From Deltaproteobacteria bacterium TL4 (lineage in GTDB: Bacteria; SAR324; NAC60-12): 22,520 nucleotides of DNA. The notes under the pieces were generated by a model. That model saw only the letters and a list, made by a program, of their open reading frames with translations. It did not search any database and was not told the DNA's origin. Location of the stretch: positions 1 through 22,520 of the forward strand of contig JBBCAX010000437.1 in assembly GCA_051382335.1 (NCBI GenBank), written 5' to 3'. Of this stretch, positions 1 to 9,002 are shown piece by piece (the stretch's first letter is position 1; each line of letters starts with the position of its first letter). A program made the translations under genes and the position numbers.

Positions 1-162
1 GATGACGAACAATCCGCCAAAGAAGAAGGTGGTGGCGAAGGCGACAAAAAAGAAGGTGGAAAAGAAGGCGGGAAAAGCGAAAAGAAAGAAAAGACCACCG
101 CAAAATCCGCCGCAGCAGGCGACATTGCCCACATTGAGCAGGTGACTTTTAGAAAAAAATAA
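1..162 (+). pseudogene. Partial, probably IS-truncated host gene; low-complexity G/E/K-rich segment, product unknown
   Basis: Frame 1 is open from the window edge (DDEQSAKEEGGGEGDKKEGGKEGGKSEKKEKTTAKSAAAGDI). It runs into the IS end at 128 and stops at TAA 160-162 inside the IS. Confidence 0.55.
128..144 (+). repeat. IS left terminal inverted repeat
   Basis: cccacattgagcaggtg; exact reverse complement at 1788-1804 and identical copy at 21576-21592. Confidence 0.92.
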
Positions 163-206
163 TTTAGATTTCCTTCATGAATTCACTGAAATCTGGAAGG
201 AGTCGT

Positions 207-1664
207 ATGGAAATTGAGATAAGTCGTTTGGATCATCATGGAGTAGTGGCGGGAGTGATCAAAGATTTGGGTTTGATCGAGCCTATTGATCGGTTACTCG
301 GAGTGCATGAGCAATCGGAGATCAGCCATGAGGAAGCCATTGCCGGGATGATACTCAATGGGTTGGGTTTTACGGATCGTCCGCTGTCCCTGAGTCCTCA
401 GTTTTTTGAAAACAAGGCTCTGGATATTCTGTTTCGAGAAGGAATAGAAGCCTCGTATTTCAATCGGTTCAAGCTGGGTCGGAGCCTGGATCAGGTTTAT
501 GATTACGGCTGTGAACGTCTTTTTGGAGAATTGTCGGTATCGGTCTGTCGTCAAGAGAAGGTGGACACTCGTTTTAATTGTGAAGACACCACGAGTTTTT
601 CATTGACGGGGGAGTATCTGGAAGATGAAGACAGTCACGCTATCTTGATCACTCACGGCTATTCGAAAGATCATCGTCCGGATCTCAAGCAGATGGTTCT
701 GGAAATGATGGTATCCCAGGATGGTGGAGTTCCCCTGTTAATGAAATGTTGGAGTGGAAACAGCGAGGACACGACGATCTTTCAACAACGAGCCAAAGCA
801 TTAATCACAGCGTGGAAAGACATGGAGATCCCCCGATATTTTATCACGGACTGCAAGGGTTATACGAAAGAGAATGCACCGAATTTGAAACACCTTCTGT
901 TTATCACGCGGGTCCCTGAAACGCTGACTCTGGCGCAAGATAAGATTGACGAGGCTTTAGCCCTCAATACATGGGAAATCTGGGACGACCGCCGAAAGTA
1001 CCATCGTTTTGAAGTGAATCATTACGATATTGATCAACGTTGGTTGGTGGTCTTTTCTCAACCGGCCATGGAACGGGCTCAACAAACAGTCAAACGGGCG
1101 GTGATCAAAGAAAGTGAGAAGATTTCCACAGCGAACTATCACCTGCAAGCTCAGCGCTTTGAGAGCAAAAACCAGGCGCGCAAGGCTTTGGAAAAACTTC
1201 AAAAGACGTGGAAGTTTCATACCTTGAAGGACAGTACAATCACGGGACATAAGCATTTTCTTCAACAGGGACGCCCCACCAAAGACAGTTCATTTGAGTT
1301 GGAATTCCAGATTCAATTTCAGGTGGAGGAAGACCGTCCTGGTATCGAGCAACGGATTCAACAAAAAGCGTGCTTTATTGTGACCAGTAATGCGACGAAG
1401 GATGAATTGACCGATCTGGAAATATTAGTCGATTATCAAGGACAGGATCATGTAGAAAAAGGCTTTGGTTTTCTCAAAAGTCCGTTGTGCTTTGCCTCGT
1501 CGTTGTTTCTTGACAAACCCCAACGCCTGGAAGGATTGATGATGGTCATGACGTTGGCTCTCCTGGTTTATTCTGTAGCTCAACGGCGTTTGCGAAAGGC
1601 CTTGATTCAGGCAAAGGAGACCCTTCCCAATCAAATCCGGCAACCGATCATCCGCTTTTCTTAA
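207..1664 (+). CDS. IS1634-family DDE transposase (C-terminus possibly degenerate)
   Basis: Family-typical motifs RLDHHGVVAG, MILNGLGF, DTTSFSLTGEY, ITHGYSKDHRPDLKQ, DGGVPL and VEKGFGFLKSP. ATG 207 follows an aaggag RBS; the ORF track starts at 177. Confidence 0.9.
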   Translation: MEIEISRLDHHGVVAGVIKDLGLIEPIDRLLGVHEQSEISHEEAIAGMILNGLGFTDRPLSLSPQFFENKALDILFREGIEASYFNRFKLGRSLDQVYDYGCERLFGELSVSVCRQEKVDTRFNCEDTTSFSLTGEYLEDEDSHAILITHGYSKDHRPDLKQMVLEMMVSQDGGVPLLMKCWSGNSEDTTIFQQRAKALITAWKDMEIPRYFITDCKGYTKENAPNLKHLLFITRVPETLTLAQDKIDEALALNTWEIWDDRRKYHRFEVNHYDIDQRWLVVFSQPAMERAQQTVKRAVIKESEKISTANYHLQAQRFESKNQARKALEKLQKTWKFHTLKDSTITGHKHFLQQGRPTKDSSFELEFQIQFQVEEDRPGIEQRIQQKACFIVTSNATKDELTDLEILVDYQGQDHVEKGFGFLKSPLCFASSLFLDKPQRLEGLMMVMTLALLVYSVAQRRLRKALIQAKETLPNQIRQPIIRFS

Positions 1665-1787
1665 AAAACTAGAAAATGGTTGTCTTCTTTGATTTTAGAC
1701 AGAACTTCCATGGGAATGGTGTGACTCCATGATCGAATGATACATTTTTAAAATTGAGAAAATGATAAAACACTAAAACATCATATC

Positions 1788-1804
1788 CACCTGCTCAATG
1801 TGGG
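1788..1804 (-). repeat. IS right terminal inverted repeat
   Basis: cacctgctcaatgtggg is the reverse complement of 128-144. Confidence 0.92.
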
Positions 1805-1860
1805 TTGATATTTTTTTTACAATTTGAAATGAGTAACATACATTGAAACCAAGAAAAAAA

Positions 1861-2664
1861 ATGAAATCAAAAATATTGAAAATGGATAATCAATTGACAC
1901 ACTTTGGATTTTGTTTTGAACGAGGAGGAGCCCATACCTCACGCACCATGATGCTGAAGGAACTGGGAGGTGTCTTATCGTATGTAGATCGTCCTGAGGC
2001 GATGAAAAAGGATTATCTGAGTGCGATTGATGAAGAAAATTGCCTGGGCAAACGATCTGGAAAAACCCGTATTTTGACGTATCGGCATCTCGTGGAATTG
2101 TATGCTTTGGATCCTTCCCTACTCCTGTTTCGGGCTCTCCTATATTTCTGGAAACGAGATCCTTCTGGCCAACCGTTATCAGGATTCCTTTGCGCCTATG
2201 CACGAGACTCCATTTTGAGATCCTCAGCCTCCTTCATTTTAAAATTTCCACCCGGTGCAGTTATTACAAGAGAGGCCTTGGAAGAAAGAATTGAAGCTCA
2301 GGAACCGGGGCGGTTCAGCAAGGCGACCTTGAAATCCACAGCTCAAAACATCAACTCCACCTGGACCCAATCCGGACATCTGACAGGTCGTAGACGAAAG
2401 ATCCGTTCCGTGGCAAATCCTACCGACGGGAGTGTTTCCTATGCCTTGTTGCTCGGATATCTGGCAGGATTCAGAGGCGAATCTCTTTTTCAAACCGAAT
2501 ATACCCAACTGCTGGATTGTCCCTTCAACCGCCTCCTTGAATTGACAGAAGATGCCTCTCGTAAAGGTTGGTTGATCTTCAAACGGGTTGGAAATGTCAT
2601 GGAAGTCCTCTTCCCCAACCTTCTTACTCCTCAAGAAAGGGAATGGATTCATGAGCAGGGTTAA
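1861..2664 (+). CDS. brxA: BREX BrxA-like protein
   Basis: First gene of the operon, overlapping brxB. The sequence (GAHTSRTMML, ENCLGKRSGKTR, STWTQSGHL) resembles the protein found in the BrxA position of PglZ-B BREX loci. Start uncertain (1861 or 1882). Confidence 0.65.
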   Translation: MKSKILKMDNQLTHFGFCFERGGAHTSRTMMLKELGGVLSYVDRPEAMKKDYLSAIDEENCLGKRSGKTRILTYRHLVELYALDPSLLLFRALLYFWKRDPSGQPLSGFLCAYARDSILRSSASFILKFPPGAVITREALEERIEAQEPGRFSKATLKSTAQNINSTWTQSGHLTGRRRKIRSVANPTDGSVSYALLLGYLAGFRGESLFQTEYTQLLDCPFNRLLELTEDASRKGWLIFKRVGNVMEVLFPNLLTPQEREWIHEQG

Positions 2665-3205
2665 ACGGTTGATTCAATCCTATGGTAAATACATCTCAAT
2701 CCCCTGGAAACTGGATGCTGCCGCTGCCCAACGGGTGATTTTTTGCGTGTATCCGGAAATGGAGGAACTCCGATTACGAGCCAGGATTGATGAATTTGAA
2801 CTTGTCACAAGACAGGCTGGACATGAATGGCTCCTGTTTGATCTGACCGATACCTTTGCCCAATGGCTCTCTCAGGAAGACTATGTGGAAGAATATTTTC
2901 AGGAACCCCAACTTCTGCAAGATTTACTTCCTGAGACGTATTGTGCTTTTCTGACTAAACGGTTTGATCAAAGCCTTCAAAAAGGTTCCATCAACGAACA
3001 AACGGTTGTGGTGTTGATGGGAGTCGGGACTCTTTTTGGGTTTGCCAAGGTCAAAGATCTCATTGATTTGTTTGCTCCCCGCATCAAAGGTCGTCTTTTG
3101 GTTTTGTTCCCTGGGAGTTATGAAAACAACAACTATCGACTTTTAGATGGATACGATGGATGGAATTACCTGGCCGTTCCAATTACTGCGGATAAAGATT
3201 TTTAG
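2651..3205 (+). CDS. brxB: BREX protein BrxB (DUF1788)
   Basis: About 184 aa, with C-terminal GRLLVLFPGSYENNNYRLLDGYDGWNYLAVPI typical of DUF1788; lies upstream of brxC. ATG 2651 overlaps the end of brxA. Confidence 0.85.
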   Translation: MSRVKRLIQSYGKYISIPWKLDAAAAQRVIFCVYPEMEELRLRARIDEFELVTRQAGHEWLLFDLTDTFAQWLSQEDYVEEYFQEPQLLQDLLPETYCAFLTKRFDQSLQKGSINEQTVVVLMGVGTLFGFAKVKDLIDLFAPRIKGRLLVLFPGSYENNNYRLLDGYDGWNYLAVPITADKDF

Positions 3206-3232
3206 TCCACGAACCACACTAAATACACGAAA
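3204..3232 (+). repeat. A-type left arm (3 x ~9 bp) of GxxExxY cassette 1
   Basis: agtccacgaaccacactaaatacacgaaa; 26/29 match to the reverse complement of 3625-3653. Confidence 0.9.
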
Positions 3233-3240
3233 GAGAATGA

Positions 3241-3621
3241 ATGAGTCAGGAAATTTTATATAAAGAAGAGTGCTATCAAATACAGGGTGCTATTTTTGAA
3301 GTGTACAGGGAAATGGGGTGTGGGTTTCTGGAAAGTGTTTACCAGGAATGTCTTGAGAAGGAATTACTTAAACGTGAAATCCCTTTTCTCGCGCAACAGG
3401 AGTTGAAACTTTTCTACAAAGGGGAGGTTTTGAAACAAACTTATAAACCTGACCTGATTTGCTTTGATAAGATCATTGTAGAATTGAAGGCTCTCAGTCA
3501 AGTCACAGGAGACCATAGAGCCCAAGTACTGAATTATCTGAAAGCAACCCGTTTGAGCCTCGGTTTGCTTGTCAATTTTGGACATTATCCGAAAGCAACG
3601 GTAGAAAGGTTGGTCTTATAA
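3241..3621 (+). CDS. GxxExxY protein 1 (PD-(D/E)XK-like nuclease fold)
   Basis: 126 aa; GFLESVY motif, PDL...IVELKA, and QVLNYLKAT..LGLLVNFG. Confidence 0.92.
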   Translation: MSQEILYKEECYQIQGAIFEVYREMGCGFLESVYQECLEKELLKREIPFLAQQELKLFYKGEVLKQTYKPDLICFDKIIVELKALSQVTGDHRAQVLNYLKATRLSLGLLVNFGHYPKATVERLVL

Positions 3622-3624
3622 TTT

Positions 3625-3653
3625 TTTCGTGTGTTTCGTGTGTTTCGTGGACT
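3625..3653 (-). repeat. A-type right arm of GxxExxY cassette 1
   Basis: tttcgtgtgtttcgtgtgtttcgtggact, starting 4 nt after the stop codon. Confidence 0.9.
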
Positions 3654-3671
3654 GTTTTTGAGAGAATCTGA

Positions 3672-6600
3672 ATGAACAATCGTGATATTTACCTGAAAGA
3701 TCCTACCCTCCGGAAATTGGTCAATGAAGGGGTGGCGAGTGTGAATGACCTGAATGAACATGTCCTGCGCTACGAGTTGGAGACGTTTGTCTGTAGTGGC
3801 CAATATCAAAAGGGAATTTCCCACATCCTGCGTACTTACATGGATAATATTCGGGCTTCCCAACAGCCTGGAGTCTGGGTGAGTGGATTTTATGGTTCCG
3901 GTAAATCTCACCTGGTGAAAATGCTTTCGGCGTTATGGACAGACTATCACTTTGAAGATGGAGCCAAAGCCAGAGGCATTGCCATGCTTCCTCAGGATGT
4001 CCGCGACCTGTTGGTGGAACTGGAGAAGGAAGGCAAACGGCATGGAGGTCTTCATAGTATTTCAGGAACCTTGAAAGCCAATGATGACAGTAATAGTGTT
4101 CGTTCCGCGATTTTGGCGATGGTTTTCAAATCCATCGGACTTCCCGCCAAATATCATCTGGCTTCCTTTGTGATGTGGTTGCAGGAAGAAGGTCTTCTGA
4201 AGGAAGTCCGCCAGATTGTGGAAGGCAAGGGCAAAGCCTGGGAGGAGGAAATTACCCGGCTTCATGTTTCCAAAATCATTCGTGAGGCACTCGTCCAATT
4301 AAAACCCCAGATCTTTTTTGATGAAAGAAGTTGTGCGGAAATCCTCAGGAACCAGTTCCCCTCCGGCAAGGATGTTTCCAGTGATGATATGCTCAAGGCC
4401 ATGCGGTTGGCTTTAACCCGAAATGGGAAACTGCCTCTCACCTTGATGGTGCTGGATGAAGTCCAGCAATACATTGGGGAAGACAGCCAGCGATCCATTG
4501 ATGTTCAGGAAGCGGTGGAAGCCTGCTGCAAGAATCTGGGTAGCAAAATCCTCTTTATCGGAACGGGACAAACGGCTGTTACCGGAACCAGTAACCTTAA
4601 AAAACTGGAAGGGCGTTTCACCATTCGAGTCGAACTTTCAGATACCGATGTGGATTCCGTAATTCGTCAGGTGATTCTGGCTAAAAAACCTGAAGCCAAG
4701 GAGCCCATTGAAACCATAATGCAAACCAATCTGGGCGAAATTTCCCGTCATCTTTCAGGAACAACCCTGGGACACCGGCAAGAGGACATCGCCTGGTTTC
4801 CTCAGGATTATCCGATTTTGCCCGTTCGTCGTCGCTTTTGGGAAAACACCCTGCGGGTGCTTGACAGAACGGGAACGGATAGCCAACTCAGAAATCAACT
4901 CAGCATGATTCATAAGGTGATCCAGACCAACCTGAACGCACCCTTGGGTCAGGTGATTCCTGCGGATTATCTTTATTTTGATTCAGCGGAAAAGCTCCTG
5001 CAGTCTCGCATTTTACCCCGCAAGGTCTATGAAAAAACTATGAGCTGGATCAAAGGTTCTGAAGCAGAGCAACTCATGGCTAGAGCCTGTGGTCTGGTGT
5101 TTCTGATCAATAAGCTGAGTGGCAGTAATACCGAAATCGGCATCCGTTGCACCATCCATTCTTTGGCAGACCTGATGGTTGAAAATCTGGCGAGTGGTTC
5201 CGGTTCTTTGAGAGCCAAACTCCCTGCCCTTCTGGATCAATGCGAACTGCTGATGAAGGTGGGAGAGGAATACCGTATTCAGACAGAGGAGAGTTCTGCC
5301 TGGAATGATGAGTTTCTCAGTCAACGGTCGATTTTGGCGAATGAAACCCATCGCATCGAATCAGAACGGGATGATCGTATTCGTAAAAAGTTTGGGGAGA
5401 TTGTCAAAAATCTATCTCTGACGCAGGGAACCTCCAAGGTCACCCGCACCCTCTTTCCCCATTTTGATGCCCAGTTGCCAACGGATGCGGATAAAAAAAT
5501 CTACGTCTGGGTTCGGGATGGGTGGCATATTGATGAAAATTCAGTCCGGATTGATGCCCGTCAGGCGGGGAATCAATCCCCCACCGTGTTTATCTTCATT
5601 CCCAAGCGCTCGGCGGATGATCTGAGGCATCACCTGATTGATTACAAGGCAGCCATTGCCACCCTCGATAAACGGGGAGTTCCTAATACCCCTGAAGGGA
5701 TTGAAGCACGTTCGGCTATGGAAACTACCCGGCAGACGGCTGAAACCAAAATTCGTGAATTGCTGGAGGAGTCTTTTTCAGGAGCGCGTGTGTTCCAAGG
5801 GGGCGGCAATGAGATTCCGGGAGATCATTTGCAGGAGATGGTGCTGGATGCCGCTAATAACTCGCTTCAGCGACTGTATCCCAATTTCTATTGGGCGGAT
5901 CATTTGGGTTGGGCAAAAGTTTATGAAAAGGCTCAGAAAGGAGCCCCGGATGCCTTGAAAGCGGTGGGCGATGAAGGGGAGCCTGCCAAAAATCCCATTT
6001 GTAAAGCCATCCTCGGGTTTATCTCAGGCGGAAAAAGAGGAACCGACATCCGAAATGGGTTTGAAGGAGAAACTTACGGTTGGTCACGGGATGCTGTCGA
6101 TGGGGCGCTTCAGGTGCTGCTGGTTGCAGGAATCCTCCGTGCTCAGGACGAACGTGGACAAACGGTCGATCCCAAAGAACTGGAGCGTAAATCTATCGGC
6201 AAAACGACCTTCAAGGTAGAATCCACTACCCTTACTACCATTCAGAGGATTGCTATCCGAAAATTGCTCCAGAAGGCAGGTCTGCAACCTCAGCAGGGAG
6301 AAGAGTTGGTCTCTGTCCCAAGATTCCTGCAAAAGATGCTGGATCTTGCTGAACAGGCAGGAGGGGAAGCTCCCCAACCCCTCCGTCCTGATAGTTCGCT
6401 TCTGGAAGAAATTCGCTTGCTTTCCGGAAATGAACAACTCCTGGCGGTGTATAATAATCGGGAACCCCTGGCTCAGTTTTTTGACGCCTGGACCCATCTG
6501 GCAGAACGTATTCAACAACGTTGGACGAACTGGATCATCCTTCAAAAATTGCTGAAGCATGTGAGTCAAGAACAGCCACTAGAAGAATTAGAGTCCACCA

Positions 6601-7214
6601 AACACACGAACGACACGAAAAACAAGATTGACAAGAAACAGCCCTTAGCTTCCCTTATTCGCGTTCATTCGCGTTCATTCGCGGTTCCAGACATGCAAAT
6701 CCTCTTCACGCGAATTCAAACCCTGGAACAACAACGTCAATTATTGGCGGAACCGGATTGGATCATCCCTTTGGTCAATAACCTCTCACAACTTCTGAGG
6801 GAGGAACTGAATCGGTTTCATCAGCAGTATACCCAACTCCATCAACAGGGCATGACCCGACTTCATACGGATGGAAATTGGCAAAAGCTGGAACCTGAAC
6901 AACGCAATCAACTCCTCCAGGAACAAAAACTGACGCTCTCCGATGCTCCTGTGATTCAGGTGTCCAACACCCAGGAAATTCTGAATACCCTGGAAAAAAT
7001 CTCGTTGAGCGCCCTCTCCGACCGCATCGCCGCCATGAATTCCCGCTTTGAGGCGGTTTTAACCGGAGCGGCAGAACTGATGGAACCCAAAGCCCAATTT
7101 ATAAAACTCCCAGGTCGAACCCTCAAAACCAGCGCTGAGATGGATTCCTGGCTCAATGAAGTGAAACAACAACTCCTGACAGCCCTGCAACAGGGACCTG
7201 TCGTGATACGATAA
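3672..7214 (+). CDS. brxC: BREX P-loop ATPase BrxC
   Basis: 1180 aa; RYELETFVC, Walker A GVWVSGFYGSGKSH, Walker B LMVLDEVQQY; operon position. Confidence 0.92.
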   Translation: MNNRDIYLKDPTLRKLVNEGVASVNDLNEHVLRYELETFVCSGQYQKGISHILRTYMDNIRASQQPGVWVSGFYGSGKSHLVKMLSALWTDYHFEDGAKARGIAMLPQDVRDLLVELEKEGKRHGGLHSISGTLKANDDSNSVRSAILAMVFKSIGLPAKYHLASFVMWLQEEGLLKEVRQIVEGKGKAWEEEITRLHVSKIIREALVQLKPQIFFDERSCAEILRNQFPSGKDVSSDDMLKAMRLALTRNGKLPLTLMVLDEVQQYIGEDSQRSIDVQEAVEACCKNLGSKILFIGTGQTAVTGTSNLKKLEGRFTIRVELSDTDVDSVIRQVILAKKPEAKEPIETIMQTNLGEISRHLSGTTLGHRQEDIAWFPQDYPILPVRRRFWENTLRVLDRTGTDSQLRNQLSMIHKVIQTNLNAPLGQVIPADYLYFDSAEKLLQSRILPRKVYEKTMSWIKGSEAEQLMARACGLVFLINKLSGSNTEIGIRCTIHSLADLMVENLASGSGSLRAKLPALLDQCELLMKVGEEYRIQTEESSAWNDEFLSQRSILANETHRIESERDDRIRKKFGEIVKNLSLTQGTSKVTRTLFPHFDAQLPTDADKKIYVWVRDGWHIDENSVRIDARQAGNQSPTVFIFIPKRSADDLRHHLIDYKAAIATLDKRGVPNTPEGIEARSAMETTRQTAETKIRELLEESFSGARVFQGGGNEIPGDHLQEMVLDAANNSLQRLYPNFYWADHLGWAKVYEKAQKGAPDALKAVGDEGEPAKNPICKAILGFISGGKRGTDIRNGFEGETYGWSRDAVDGALQVLLVAGILRAQDERGQTVDPKELERKSIGKTTFKVESTTLTTIQRIAIRKLLQKAGLQPQQGEELVSVPRFLQKMLDLAEQAGGEAPQPLRPDSSLLEEIRLLSGNEQLLAVYNNREPLAQFFDAWTHLAERIQQRWTNWIILQKLLKHVSQEQPLEELESTKHTNDTKNKIDKKQPLASLIRVHSRSFAVPDMQILFTRIQTLEQQRQLLAEPDWIIPLVNNLSQLLREELNRFHQQYTQLHQQGMTRLHTDGNWQKLEPEQRNQLLQEQKLTLSDAPVIQVSNTQEILNTLEKISLSALSDRIAAMNSRFEAVLTGAAELMEPKAQFIKLPGRTLKTSAEMDSWLNEVKQQLLTALQQGPVVIR
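6592..6686 (+). repeat. In-frame hybrid repeat insertion in brxC: A-left arm (6592-6620) + spacer + B-right arm (6657-6686)
   Basis: agtccaccaaacacacgaacgacacgaaa ... attcgcgttcattcgcgttcattcgcggtt, translated as STKHTNDTK...IRVHSRSFAV. Confidence 0.88.
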
Positions 7215-7221
7215 AGGTTAT

Positions 7222-8541
7222 ATGCTTACATCTATCACCTTAAGTAACTTTAAGAGCTATCGCCATGCTCAACTTCCTTTGGCAGCATTGACCTTTTTGA
7301 TTGGTCCCAATGCCTCAGGAAAAAGTAATGCGTTGGAGGCTATTCGGCTTCTGAACTGGTTGGCAAAAGGAATGCGTCTGGATGATATTGCTAAAGATAT
7401 TCAGAGTGGTGACTCCGTTGTAAGGGGGCTCGTAAAAGATCTTTTTCTCGGAGACGATCAAAAATTCCAGTTAGGTTGCCATGTTAACGATGCTCCAGAG
7501 GAGTGGGGCGATTTTATGGTCAACATCGGCCAAATCAATGAGCAATTAGTGATCGTTGGAGAAAGTGTCACCCAGAAGGATGAAAAAATACCTCTCTATC
7601 AGGTAGATGCTGAACCTAACCTTCATACGGATGAAATAAGTGTGGCTTACAATAATTTCAGCAAAGGAAAAAACAAGCCTCATATTCCCTGTTCTAATCG
7701 CCAGGCAATCTTTTACCAATTGGGAACGGCAGGGCGTTTTGATAGTGCTCATCAAAAATCTCAAACGCTCATTCCGGATGTAACCAAAATAATAAGGGAG
7801 ACCCTTCAAAATATTGTAGTTCTTGATCCAAGTCCTGCACTGATGCGAGGTTATTCCTATGCCAAGGATAACATCATCAAGGAAAATGGAAAAAACCTTT
7901 CTGCGGTACTCTATAGCCTTTGTGAGCTTGGCGAGGATAACAGACAGGCACTCCTTGCTTTTATTCGTTCACTGCCGGAACAGGATATCACTGATATCAA
8001 ATTTATCAAAAATGAAAGAATGGATGTTATGGTGCGTCTGGAAGAAACTTTTGGTCATCAGAAAAATCTTATAGATGCTCCTCTTTTGTCGGATGGTACC
8101 TTACGTGTTTTAGCTATTGGAGCAACATTGCTCACTGCTCCGCAGGGTGCTCTGGTGATTATTGAGGAAATCGACAGTGGAGTGCATCCCTCACGTGCGG
8201 GTGCATTGGTCCAACAGATCCAGCAAATAGCTACCCAACGTGAATTACGTGTATTGCTAACCTCTCATAATCCCGCTTTACTGGATTCTTTGCCAGACAA
8301 TGCCTTGGGGGATGTTCTTTGTTGTTTCCGTGATCTTGAAGAAGGAGACAGTAAACTGATTCGCTTGGGAGATCTGGATCGCTACTCAGAACTGGTAGCT
8401 CAAGGACCTTTGGGGCAATTGATGACACGCCGGGTTCTTGAGCGATTTCTGAAGGATAACACCTCCTCAGAGCAACGTCAAAAAGAGGCTATGAAATGGC
8501 TACAACAGCTTAAACAAAGCAATGGAGGAGAACAGGGATGA
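7222..8541 (+). CDS. ABC/AAA-family ATPase (AAA_21-like)
   Basis: LSNFKSY, Walker A GPNASGKSN, signature LSDGT, Walker B/D-loop IIEEIDSGVHP, H-loop TSHNP. Confidence 0.88.
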   Translation: MLTSITLSNFKSYRHAQLPLAALTFLIGPNASGKSNALEAIRLLNWLAKGMRLDDIAKDIQSGDSVVRGLVKDLFLGDDQKFQLGCHVNDAPEEWGDFMVNIGQINEQLVIVGESVTQKDEKIPLYQVDAEPNLHTDEISVAYNNFSKGKNKPHIPCSNRQAIFYQLGTAGRFDSAHQKSQTLIPDVTKIIRETLQNIVVLDPSPALMRGYSYAKDNIIKENGKNLSAVLYSLCELGEDNRQALLAFIRSLPEQDITDIKFIKNERMDVMVRLEETFGHQKNLIDAPLLSDGTLRVLAIGATLLTAPQGALVIIEEIDSGVHPSRAGALVQQIQQIATQRELRVLLTSHNPALLDSLPDNALGDVLCCFRDLEEGDSKLIRLGDLDRYSELVAQGPLGQLMTRRVLERFLKDNTSSEQRQKEAMKWLQQLKQSNGGEQG

Positions 8542-9002
8542 ACTCGATCTGTCTGTTGGACACCACGGTCTTTGTAGAGATTCTCAATGTACCCCAGAAG
8601 GCGAATCAGCATGCTCGTATCATTGAATCGCTGGAACAGAAAATAAAAGATAATGAATCTTTGTTTTTGCCTATGGCGACTATCCTCGAAACTGGGAATC
8701 ATATTGGTCAAAACGGAAACGGCAACCAGCGTCGTGACTGTGCAAAGCGTTTTGTTGAGCAGGTCACTCAAGCTATGGAGGGGAAATCCCCCTTTAAGCC
8801 CATTAGCTTTTTAACTCATGAAGCTATGAAAAAATGGTTGGCTGAATTTCCTGATCATGCGAGTCGTGGCAGTGGGTTGGGTGATCTCTCGATTATTCAT
8901 GACTGGAAGCGTCTTTGTGATCAAAATCCTCGTCGTCGTGTCTATATCTGGACACTGGATGAACATCTTGCCAGCTATGATAAACCTACAGGAGAACCCT
9001 GA
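8538..9002 (+). CDS. PIN-domain-like protein
   Basis: 154 aa with PIN-type acidic motifs LLDTTV, ILET, GLGDLSI and WTLDEHL; ATGA overlap with the upstream ATPase. Confidence 0.7.
   Translation: MNSICLLDTTVFVEILNVPQKANQHARIIESLEQKIKDNESLFLPMATILETGNHIGQNGNGNQRRDCAKRFVEQVTQAMEGKSPFKPISFLTHEAMKKWLAEFPDHASRGSGLGDLSIIHDWKRLCDQNPRRRVYIWTLDEHLASYDKPTGEP

Larger units (their letters stand above)
128..1804 (+). mobile_element. IS1634-family insertion sequence (left copy, 1677 bp)
   Basis: Perfect 17-bp terminal inverted repeats (128-144 and 1788-1804) enclose a DDE transposase. The left boundary is confirmed by the second copy starting at 21576. Confidence 0.9.

Noticed and set aside
125..1807. TTG on both sides of the left IS as a target-site duplication
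   Set aside because: Only 3 bp, which can occur by chance and is shorter than I expect for IS1634; the rejoined sequence gives no convincing continuation of the left gene.
1790..1830. Hybrid promoter for the BREX operon at the IS end (ttgata 1805-1810, tacaat 1818-1823)
   Set aside because: The spacing between the hexamers is wrong and there is no good -35 about 17 bp upstream of tacaat.
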